Shown here piece after piece: positions 8,683 through 16,094 of a stretch of 31,489 nucleotides of DNA; position 1 is the stretch's first letter, and every line of letters starts with the position of its first letter. This DNA is from Candidatus Methylomirabilota bacterium. GTDB lineage: Bacteria; Methylomirabilota; Methylomirabilia; Rokubacteriales; CSP1-6. Location: the NCBI GenBank assembly GCA_046726415.1, contig JBKPAK010000309.1, positions 1 through 31,489 of the forward strand. The letters run 5' to 3'. Below the pieces are notes generated by a model that saw only the letters and a list, made by a program, of their open reading frames with translations, was not told where the DNA came from and made no database searches. The position numbers and the translations under genes are program-made.

Positions 8683-9168
8683 CTACTTCAGAGCGTCTAT
8701 GCCGGCCTGGGCGATCTGGGCATCCTGCTGGGACGTGACGCCGGAGACGCCGACGGAGCCAATAATCCTGCCATCCGCCAAGATCGGGATGCCGCCTTCG
8801 AGCACGCTGTAGCCGAGAGTCAGCAGGCGCAGGTTGGCGCCGCCCTGCGCGATGAGGTCCTGGAGGGCCTTCGTCGGCCGGCGCAGCGCGACCGCAGAGC
8901 GGGCTTTCTCCTTGGCAATGTCGATGCTACCCCACTGAGCGTTGTCGAGGCGCTGAAGCATGACGAGCTGCCCGCCCGAGTCTAGGATGGCGATGACCAC
9001 GGGCCAGCTGTTCTTCCTGGCCTCGGCCTCCGCGGCGGCCATGACCTTCTTGGCCTGCTCGAGCGTGATCGCGACACCGTAGGGCGGCGGAGCCTGGGCG
9101 CTGGCCGAGGCGGCGGTGAGCAGCGCGACGGCGGCGAGGACTAGGGATAGGAGTCTCGACGGCTTCAT
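8683..9168 (-). CDS. GlcG/HbpS family heme-binding protein with signal peptide
   Basis: AGGAGG RBS; signal peptide ending ASA-QA; ITLEQAKK, VVIAILDSGG, RLDNAQWGSIDIAKEKARSA, GGIPI...GSVGVSG...QDAQIA. Confidence 0.92.
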   Translation of the reverse strand: MKPSRLLSLVLAAVALLTAASASAQAPPPYGVAITLEQAKKVMAAAEAEARKNSWPVVIAILDSGGQLVMLQRLDNAQWGSIDIAKEKARSAVALRRPTKALQDLIAQGGANLRLLTLGYSVLEGGIPILADGRIIGSVGVSGVTSQQDAQIAQAGIDALK

Positions 9169-9396
9169 CGGCGTCTCCTCCTGAGGAGCGGGCGGTTGAT
9201 CAAAGTGCCGCCGAACCCGGACGGCGTGCACCCGTGAATGATAACCGGCCTGGGCGCAGCCAGGGATGCCGGTGTCGATACCTGCCTGATGCTGTTACGG
9301 CGGCGTGCTTAACCCACTCCGTCGTCGCCTGCTGCGCTGGCGGCCGTAGAGCGTAGAACGATGAAGCCCCTTTTCGGGGGCGGCTGAGTCGCGGAT

Positions 9397-9678
9397 GTGA
9401 AGCGACACGTAACCGGACAGCTCGGACGGTGCCCTTCTCCCTCATCCGCGCCCAGCAACCAGGCGACGGGGACGCGGCGTCCCGTCAGCCTCGACATGTC
9501 CGACCAGGAGCTTGTGACGGTCTACGCAGAAGACGAGTTCGCCAGCGGTAGCTACCAGGCGCTCCAGAAGGAGCTCCAGCGGCAGGAGCGCCGGATCGAA
9601 GCGCGGCAACAGGAACTCGACGAGCTTCGGGCGCAGGTGCGCGCGCTCATCGGTGGAAGGGCGGCGGTCCGAGAGTGA
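9397..9678 (+). CDS. Small coiled-coil hypothetical protein (start uncertain, possibly ATG 9496)
   Basis: YQALQKELQRQERRIEARQQELDELRAQVRAL heptad pattern; stop overlaps a downstream GTG. Confidence 0.45.
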   Translation: MKRHVTGQLGRCPSPSSAPSNQATGTRRPVSLDMSDQELVTVYAEDEFASGSYQALQKELQRQERRIEARQQELDELRAQVRALIGGRAAVRE

Positions 9679-9992
9679 GCGACCGGTTGCTGCTCACCAC
9701 GGCTCTGGTCGCCGCGCAGTTCCCTGAGAATGCGCCTACGCCCTGGCGCACCGACGCGGCGCTGGGGATGGTGTGACGTGGACGAGGGGCTCGCGCCGCC
9801 GCCTTCCGACGACGACGCGAGCCCTGCGCGGCGTGCGCCCATGGCACAGGTTCGATTCCCCAAGGGGTTCCGCCCTGGGGTGGCGCTTCGTGCTGAGCGG
9901 GGAGGCGGCCGCCTGATAGACTGCCGCTCGCGGGCGTAGGGTCTGCAGCCCGAACCGCCGTCTTCCCTGACCGGCCTGGCCCGCGCGCTTCC

Positions 9993-10511
9993 TTGTCAGG
10001 GCCTCAGTCAGGGGAGGTCGCCATCGCGAAGCGCCGACCGCGCAGGCCCGCGACGCCGGCTCCACGGCGCCGGTCCCCCCGCCCTAGACCGCGGCCGAAG
10101 CGCTGGCCGCAAATGGCCGCGGAGTTCGCGCGGGCGGCCGCCAGCATGCAGCACAACGCGCTGGCCGCGGAGCTCGCGCGGTTGCCCCCGCCCCCGAGCG
10201 AGGCGGAGACCGAGCGGGCAAGGGCGCGGATGCAGGAGAGCGAAGCGGCCCGCCTGCGTCTCCCTCTTCCGGACATCGTCCCCCCTCCGATCTTCGCCTG
10301 GAGGCCGCCGCCGTCGCCGGCGGAGACGCCCGCCCCGGTGGAGGAGGCGCCGGCCGCCCAGGCGAAGCGATCTCGGCTGACTCCCGAGGCGATTGCCGCC
10401 GCCGTGAAGCAGCATCCTGAAATGCCCCTGCGGCAGCTCGCGAAACTGCTCGGCGTCGATCCGCACACCCTGCGCCGGAGAGGGGTGAAAGCCCCCACGC
10501 GTCGGCGCTGA
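9993..10511 (+). CDS. Pro/Arg-rich protein with C-terminal helix-turn-helix
   Basis: LTPEAIAAAVKQHPEMPLRQLAKLLGVDPHTLRRRG matches an HTH pattern; start uncertain. Confidence 0.55.
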   Translation: MSGPQSGEVAIAKRRPRRPATPAPRRRSPRPRPRPKRWPQMAAEFARAAASMQHNALAAELARLPPPPSEAETERARARMQESEAARLRLPLPDIVPPPIFAWRPPPSPAETPAPVEEAPAAQAKRSRLTPEAIAAAVKQHPEMPLRQLAKLLGVDPHTLRRRGVKAPTRRR

Positions 10512-10520
10512 CGCTCGCGG

Positions 10521-10574
10521 GGGTGAGGCGCAGGTGAGGCGCGCCTCACCAAATGCCTCGTTGCCGCCTCACCC
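10521..10574. promoter_or_regulatory. Four copies of GGTGAGGCG in nested inverted arrangement
   Basis: GGTGAGGCG at 10522 and 10533; CGCCTCACC at 10542 and 10565; 10533-10550 is a perfect 18-bp palindrome. Confidence 0.7.
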
Positions 10575-10597
10575 TGCCTTGCCGTATCTCCGAGTGC

Positions 10598-10813
10598 ATG
10601 GCGAAGAGCCCGCGACCCGGCTTGCTCGGGGATGTGTGTCGAGTCCTGCAGGCCTCCGAGCGCGACGTCTACGAGCTGGAGGACCGCGGAGAACTACGCT
10701 CGACGCGGACACCCGGCGGGCTCCGGATCTTCGATCTCGACCAGGCCGAGAAGCTGGCCGCGAAGCGGGCCCGCGAGCGTGAGGCGTCGTCCGCGTCGGA
10801 GGCGACGGCGTAG
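10598..10813 (+). CDS. MerR-like/excisionase-type winged HTH protein
   Basis: GDVCRVLQASERDVYELEDRGELRSTRTPGGLRIFDLDQAEKL matches the xis/HTH_17 pattern G-x-L...R-T-x-G-G-x-R-x-F. Confidence 0.75.
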   Translation: MAKSPRPGLLGDVCRVLQASERDVYELEDRGELRSTRTPGGLRIFDLDQAEKLAAKRAREREASSASEATA

Positions 10814-10815
10814 CG

Positions 10816-11034
10816 ATGCGTCGTCGGCGTCGCAGCAAGCCCGAGCCCGTCGTCGAGGGCAGGCCCCGCCTGGCCCTCACGCCGGAGGCCGAAGTCGCCA
10901 TCGTCGAATTGCTCGCCAATCTCCTGGTCGAGGGGCTGCTCGAGCGGCCCATCAGATGGCATCCGGGAGACCCGCCCGCGAAAACCGAGGGTGAGGACGG
11001 TTTTCTGAGTGCCCCGAAGGATGGCGCCGCATGA
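10816..11034 (+). CDS. Small hypothetical protein
   Basis: Starts 2 nt after the xis-like stop; amphipathic helix LTPEAEVAIVELLANLLVEGL; stop overlaps the next ATG. Confidence 0.5.
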   Translation: MRRRRRSKPEPVVEGRPRLALTPEAEVAIVELLANLLVEGLLERPIRWHPGDPPAKTEGEDGFLSAPKDGAA

Positions 11035-11109
11035 GCGGACATGGGACGCGCCCCGGGAGCCGATCCCCGAGGCGCGTCAGGGAGTGAACCTTGAGCCGCG
11101 ACGTGCCTA

Positions 11110-11250
11110 CGCTACCATGGTCTTCGACGTTCTCTACGCGCGTGGCCGGGATCTCCGAGCACGACCCCTCTCAGCGCGCCGTGCCGCGCTGGAACGCCTC
11201 GTTGAGGGCTCCAGCGAGCTTCTCCCGGTACGCAGGCTGGCGAGTGACGG
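11110..11250 (+). pseudogene. ATP-dependent DNA ligase internal fragment
   Basis: MVFDVLYARGRDLRARPLSARRAALERLV is the ligase motif IIIa region; no KxDG motif or termini. Confidence 0.75.
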
Positions 11251-11415
11251 CCGTCCGGGTAAGGAGCGTGGCGAACAGGGTGGCGGACTGCTTCACGTTC
11301 CACTACAAGATTGGTCTCGAGCGCGCGCTGGAAGCGCAGCGTGAGGCCCGCCGATCGAAAAAGGTCTCTGCCGACGGCCGGTGGCGCCATCTGATCGCCT
11401 GCCCCGTGAACGGTT
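11251..11415 (+). pseudogene. AbiEi (type IV TA antitoxin) C-terminal fragment
   Basis: VRVRSVANRVADCFTFHYKIGLERALEAQREARRSKKVS is a degenerate version of the V..YS.AKTVADCFKFRNKIGLDVALEAL motif. Confidence 0.75.
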
Positions 11416-12123
11416 ACCGATCGACCCGCCGTGACGATCGAGACGTGAGCCACCCGGTCTCGGCAGAGCCAGCGGGCGAATGATGCTCCGGTAGCGGCGA
11501 AGAGCCGCTTCGCTGCCCACGAGTCGCAACTTCCCTTGGCGTATCGCATCGCGCCCGCGAAGGCGCCCCACGCCCACGTCGATGAACGTGGTCGCATCGA
11601 CATGGATCTCGAGGTCGACGGGGCGGCCGCTCTGCCCCTCGATCACCTGCATCTCGCCATCGTCCACGATCACGCTGATCACCGAGTCGTCGACGTGAAA
11701 CTCATACACGTCGTGCACGTCGCGCGCCGACGAGGCGTCAAACGTTTCACGGAGGAACAGCAACCCCCAGGCGGGACGAAACGCTTCGGTGCGCTTTCGA
11801 CGGTTAGCGGCCAGGATTCGAACACCCCAGGCCGCGAGTGGAACGATCGCTCGCGCCAGATCGTGACCGTCTTCGGTGAGCTCGTAGACCTTCGAGGCGG
11901 CCGGAGGCGGCAACGTTCGGCGGAGGATCAATCGCGCAGCCTCGAGACGGTTCAGCCGCTCGGTAAGTACCGCTGTGCTGATCCCTGGTAGCCCTTCCAC
12001 GAGATCCGAGAAACGCCGCGGCCCGAAGGCAAGCTCGCGAATGATCAGCAGGGTCCACCGCTCCCCAACCAGATCGAGCGCCTTCGCCAAGCCGCAGTAT
12101 TGCCCGTAGACCTTGTCCGCCAC
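11293..12123 (-). CDS. HxlR-family winged-HTH regulator with C-terminal SCP2-like domain
   Basis: GGAGG then GTG 12123; YGQYCGLAKALDLVGERWTLLIIREL...GPRRFSDL...PGIS...YELTEDG; SCP2-like C-domain (DAIRQGKLRLVGSEAAL); the last ~60 codons run antisense through the AbiEi remnant. Confidence 0.88.
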   Translation of the reverse strand: MADKVYGQYCGLAKALDLVGERWTLLIIRELAFGPRRFSDLVEGLPGISTAVLTERLNRLEAARLILRRTLPPPAASKVYELTEDGHDLARAIVPLAAWGVRILAANRRKRTEAFRPAWGLLFLRETFDASSARDVHDVYEFHVDDSVISVIVDDGEMQVIEGQSGRPVDLEIHVDATTFIDVGVGRLRGRDAIRQGKLRLVGSEAALRRYRSIIRPLALPRPGGSRLDRHGGSIGNRSRGRRSDGATGRRQRPFSIGGPHAALPARARDQSCSGT

Positions 12124-12138
12124 GATGCCTCCATCAGA

Positions 12139-12195
12139 TTGACAGCCTACCCCGCGTAGTATATCGTCAGTCACTGATACTTCCAGAAACGAAGC
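12139..12195 (+). promoter_or_regulatory. Sigma70-like promoter and possible HxlR operator
   Basis: TTGACA (12139)-17 bp-TATCGT (12162); imperfect inverted repeat ACTTC-N7-GAAGC at 12179-12195. Confidence 0.45.
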
Positions 12196-12282
12196 TATAA
12201 CTTTAGTTCAAGAAGAGTCCTGGTACGGTGACCGAGGAGGGGAGCTGCGGCGGAAGGCTGCATCGGGGGTGGCAACGGAGCG

Positions 12283-12405
12283 ATGACCGACAAGGTGGTC
12301 GGGATTTGGCACCGGTTTCTTGCGGGCGAGCGGCCGGAGGCGCTGGACGGTCTGCTGGGAGACGACGTCGTCTTCCACACGCCGATCGTGGCGCAATCAG
12401 ACTGA
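12283..12405 (+). pseudogene. NTF2/SnoaL-like protein, N-terminal fragment
   Basis: GGAG RBS; MTDKVVGIWHRFLAGERPEALDGLLGDDVVFHTPIV followed by an early stop. Confidence 0.7.
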
Positions 12406-12527
12406 TGGAACTGTCACAGCGCTCGTTCAGCAACACGAGAGGGAGGCGACCATCGTCCAATTCGCAAATCCCAGTTCAAATCAGTGAGCCGCACCCGGTT
12501 TGCGGTGCAGGACAAGGAGGGCGCGCG

Positions 12528-12676
12528 ATGAAGGAGCGGCTGCCAGCGGGGATGACTCGGCGGAGATTGCTCCTCTCGGGCGGGGGGGTCGCGACCCTGC
12601 TCTTGACCGAGCTGTCCGCCTATGGCCACGCCGGGGGGCCGTCGCGGAGCTCACGGAATATCCCACAAAGAAGGTG
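12528..12676 (+). pseudogene. Tat-signal N-terminal fragment resembling the arsenite oxidase small subunit (AioB)
   Basis: AAGGAGG RBS; MKERLPAGMTRRRLLLSGGGVATLLLTEL, then in a shifted frame AVAELTEYPTKKV; no Rieske motifs remain. Confidence 0.35.
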
Positions 12677-12688
12677 GAGGCGAGAGAC

Positions 12689-12988
12689 ATGGCTGCCTAC
12701 ATCATTGGCCTAGGTCGATCAGCACCTCGGGGTACGGCATGGGTAAAGGGATATCTCCCGAAGGCGGCCGCCCTGGGGGCAAAACACGGCGGCAAAGCGT
12801 TGATCGGCGGCAACTCCACGCCGCGGATTGTAGCCCTGGAAGGGAAGCCGCCCCTCTCCGTCGTCATTCTGGAGTTTCCTTCTCTCGAGCAGGCTCAAGC
12901 ATGGCACGACGACCCCGACTATGTCCCGCTGAAGCAGTTGCGCCAGGCCAACGTTGACATGGACGTGTTCGTCGTAGAGAGGGTTTAA
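12689..12988 (+). CDS. DUF1330 domain protein
   Basis: GGAGG RBS; MAAYII...YLPKAAA...KHGGK...LEG...VVILEFPSLEQAQAWHDDPDYVPLKQLR. Confidence 0.9.
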   Translation: MAAYIIGLGRSAPRGTAWVKGYLPKAAALGAKHGGKALIGGNSTPRIVALEGKPPLSVVILEFPSLEQAQAWHDDPDYVPLKQLRQANVDMDVFVVERV

Positions 12989-13638
12989 GTAGCGGTCGGA
13001 AGAGCAAGGGCGCTGGCGTCATCCCTCCGCCGCCCCGGTAAAGGCCCGTTGAAGCGACTCCGCGCGTGGGGCTTGGCTACGCGACATTCGCTGTACTCAT
13101 TGGGCGGACTCCTGGGGCGGGCGGCTCAGTTTGGGAGGTGAGGTCACGGTGACGGGGGCCAGGGCGGGCGACCGTTGCTGGAGGGCGTTCATGTTGCTTA
13201 CGGTCCGGAAATCCGCAGCTTCGAAGCGGCGACCATCGTCCACGCTGGGCACATCGTGCTCGTCGCCGCGGGCCGACTCTAACGATCGGGCATGGCATAC
13301 CGTCATCGTCGTCGAGCGAACATCCTCGTCCAACGAACACACGTTCCTCGTCGATGCGTCGTGGGGTGTGGATCTATACGGTGCGGACGCCGGCGGCGCA
13401 GGCCGACGAAAGTTCGTGCACGACACGTCGAGCGGGAGATGGTGGGATATTCATCCGATCTACGGGACCAAGGCGCACGAGAATGCGATCGGGCCCTACG
13501 ACGGCCACCCCATCCACGGGATGTTTCGGGCCAAGCACAAGAAGTAAACCGCTCCCCAACAGGCCCTTGATCGCGCCGAAGCTTCCACGGGTGGACGTCT
13601 GATGGCCTTGGCCCCGTGACGCGAGCTGATCCGCCGCC

Positions 13639-13790
13639 TCAGGACTTCTCGGCCAACATCGCCTCGATGAGCTGGCAGGCGGGCGGCGCGTCCCAGCCGC
13701 GCGGACCTGTCGCCCGTCCCACGAGTCGGCCGCCCCGGTCGATCAGGTACACGGTCCGCAGGCCCCAGACCCCGTAGAGACGTCGGCGAT
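13639..13790 (-). pseudogene. TlpA/redoxin family C-terminal fragment
   Basis: RLYGVWGLRTVYLIDRGGRLVGRATGPRGWDAP...LIEAML; CxxC-containing N-terminus missing. Confidence 0.75.
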
Positions 13791-13887
13791 GAGTCCAATT
13801 GTCAGCGACTGATCGTCGCGAATGTAGACCAGATGGACTTCTGACGCGCTCTCCACTACCAGCCTCCTGAGCTGAGCCGGTCGGACG

Positions 13888-13905
13888 GAGTTTTGTCGAA
13901 GGACA
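13888..13905 (+). mobile_element. Orphan right terminal inverted repeat of an IS481-like (rve) element
   Basis: gagttttgtcgaaggaca; its reverse complement matches 16/18 to the left end of the IS at 29285; ends in ACA. Confidence 0.7.
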
Positions 13906-14108
13906 CCTCGGCGTTTCTTGCGCCCGACCTGGAGGCAAGGTTGGCTTCGATCAGCTCGTCATCGACCGCGTCCGTGAGCAAAGATGAGAGCGCAGGCAGC
14001 GCCAGGCCAGGCATGTTAGCGTTGACGCGCGGACCAAGTGGGTGTGACTTTCGGACAGGGCGATGTGGAAGCGGCGGTGATAGTGCCCATGCAGAGGAGG
14101 GTTTGACC

Positions 14109-14927
14109 GTGGACGCTTCGGACCGGGAACTGCAACAGTACCTTTTCGATCTTCAGGGCTATCTGGTGATCCACAACGTCCTAGGTGCGTCGGAGCTGGC
14201 CGAGCTGAATCGATTGATCGATGCGCAGCGTCTCCCCAGCCCTCGCGAAAGCATTCGCTTCGGCTCCGCCGCTGGCTTGCACGGCCCGGATCATGGCTTC
14301 CTCAACTGGGGGGAGCCGTTCTGTCGCTTGCTGGATCATGAGGCGATCATGCCAATTCTTCGCTTTCGGCTCGGGGACTGCTTCCGGCTGGACCGTCTTT
14401 ACGGGATCCGCATGCACAAGGGGCAGAGCATGGGGGCCATGCACGCGGACTACGGGGCCTCGGCCCGCAACTCCTTCACCAAGCCCGGGGAGCGCTTTCA
14501 TTTTGCCAGCAACGGCATCTACGAGGGGTTCACGGTAGTGGCCTGGAGTCTTGCCGATGCCGGACCGACATCCGGGGGATTCTGGTGCATTCCAGGGAGT
14601 CACAAGAGTCACTTCAAGCTGCCGCGCCAGATTCACGAGGCCCCGGGAAAAGCCTCCTGCGTGGTCATTCCGGACGTACCGGCGGGGTCGGTAGTCCTGT
14701 TCTCCGAGGCCGTAATGCACGGAACAGCCCCATGGACGGCCGACCACGAGCGCCGGACTCTGCTCTACAAGTATTGCGTCTCCCAGATGGCTTGGTCCCG
14801 GGCGCGGGTGCTTCCGCCACCCGATGTCCCGCTCACCCCTCGGCAGCAAGCGCTCCTCACCGAGCCGGCGGATCCCTACACGTTCGTTCCTTCACTCTTC
14901 AGCGACGGACTCCGCGAGGAGCGGTAG
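14109..14927 (+). CDS. Phytanoyl-CoA dioxygenase (PhyH) family Fe/2OG oxygenase
   Basis: GAGGAG RBS; YLFDLQGYLVIHNVL, HxD (MHAD), GGFWCIPGSHK, AGSVVLFSEAVMHGT, RRTLLYKY. Confidence 0.9.
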   Translation: MDASDRELQQYLFDLQGYLVIHNVLGASELAELNRLIDAQRLPSPRESIRFGSAAGLHGPDHGFLNWGEPFCRLLDHEAIMPILRFRLGDCFRLDRLYGIRMHKGQSMGAMHADYGASARNSFTKPGERFHFASNGIYEGFTVVAWSLADAGPTSGGFWCIPGSHKSHFKLPRQIHEAPGKASCVVIPDVPAGSVVLFSEAVMHGTAPWTADHERRTLLYKYCVSQMAWSRARVLPPPDVPLTPRQQALLTEPADPYTFVPSLFSDGLREER

Positions 14928-15091
14928 AACGTCGGTTCGAAGGCCATTGCGCTGGCCCGTCCTGGACATTCCTGCGGGCGAGCGGGTCGCCTCCTCCTCC
15001 AGTGGCTCGGATACCACGCCGGGCGAAAACCGGGAGCGTCAGCCACGAGCCAAAGGACCCGAAGCTGCGTGGCCGCCACCGTCGACATCCC

Positions 15092-15120
15092 TTGCCGCGT
15101 GACCATGATGGTCTTATTAT
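15092..15120 (+). promoter_or_regulatory. Sigma70 promoter with palindromic operator for the Phd-VapC operon
   Basis: TTGCCG-17 bp-TATTAT; spacer contains GACCAT-G-ATGGTC; ATG lies 6 nt after the -10 box. Confidence 0.7.
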
Positions 15121-15126
15121 GTGGCC

Positions 15127-15417
15127 ATGAAGATCATCAACGTGACAGAGCTCAAGGCTCACCTTAGCAAGTATCTTCGGATGGCCTCCCGCGGGTCACG
15201 GATCGTCGTGAAGGACCGGGACGAGCCGATTGCGCAGCTTGGTCCACCGCAGGCCGAGGCGCTGTCGTGGCGCGAGCGACTGGCGCAGGACGGCCGGCTG
15301 CGGCTCGGCACGCAAGACTGGCGGAAGCTCGAAATCGTGAGGCTCGATCGACGCGTCGACATCCAGGCGTCGCTTCGCGCGGTGCGTGAGGATCCGAGTG
15401 AAGTACGTCGACGCTAG
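15127..15417 (+). CDS. vapB: Phd/YefM-family antitoxin
   Basis: MKIINVTELKAHLSKYLRMASRGSRIVVKDRDEPIAQLGP; overlaps the downstream PIN gene. Confidence 0.92.
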   Translation: MKIINVTELKAHLSKYLRMASRGSRIVVKDRDEPIAQLGPPQAEALSWRERLAQDGRLRLGTQDWRKLEIVRLDRRVDIQASLRAVREDPSEVRRR

Positions 15418-15814
15418 CGCCGTGCTCCGGATCCTCTTTTCGAAGTCGGGATCGAAGGTGCCATTCGCCGGTGACGACCGTGTCGTGTCCTCGCAACTCG
15501 TCGAGATCGAGGCGTTCCGCGCCGTAGACCGAGAGCGGCTGCTCGGCAACCTCGACGACGCGGAGACGGCGAGCAAACGGAAGGAGCTCGCCGACCTCCT
15601 CGCCATGCTGGATCTGGCCGCGATCGATGCTGAGGTTGTGGATCGCGCGAAGAGCCCCTTTGCGGTGAACGTCCGTGCGCTCGACGCGATCCACGTCGCT
15701 ACCGCCGAGATCCTGGCCGCTGAAGCGGGGGGCGAGCCGCTGGAATTCTGGACGCACGACGATCGTCAGGCCACCGCCGCGCTCTCGCGGGGGCTCACCG
15801 TGCGCGGAACGTGA
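15398..15814 (+). CDS. vapC: VapC-family PIN-domain toxin
   Basis: YVDASAVL, SSQLVEIEA, VRALDAIHVATA, FWTHDDRQATAA. Confidence 0.92.
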   Translation: MKYVDASAVLRILFSKSGSKVPFAGDDRVVSSQLVEIEAFRAVDRERLLGNLDDAETASKRKELADLLAMLDLAAIDAEVVDRAKSPFAVNVRALDAIHVATAEILAAEAGGEPLEFWTHDDRQATAALSRGLTVRGT

Positions 15815-15835
15815 GCATCGAGGATCGCGTGGCGT

Positions 15836-16090
15836 TGTCCTGGTCAAACACTCCGTTCGGCCCACCTCGCTTGAACTTGCGCACACCTCCCTCTGGACCG
15901 CGTAGAGTCGAAGCACCGACGCGACCTCTGGGCCGGGAGCCCACCATGATCCCTCTGTTCGCTCTCTCGACGTTCCTCCGTGCGTTGCTCTTCGGGTCGA
16001 CGGCCATCGCCCTCGAGAACGTGGCGCTGCGCCATCAACTCGCTGTCCTCCAGCGCTCCGTTCGCCGACCCCGCCCGTCGCGATGGGATC
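15836..16090 (+). mobile_element. IS481-like (rve) element left end plus truncated transposase N-terminus
   Basis: Starts tgtcctggtcaaacactcc; ATG 15946 MIPLFALSTFLRALL...ALENVALRHQLAVLQRSVRRPRPSRWDR; cut off at the MBL gene 3' end. Confidence 0.8.
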
Positions 16091-16094
16091 GGTT

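Noticed and set aside
13131..13547. 138-aa ORF with a protein-like C-terminal half
   Set aside because: May be a real gene fragment, but no recognisable family or convincing start.
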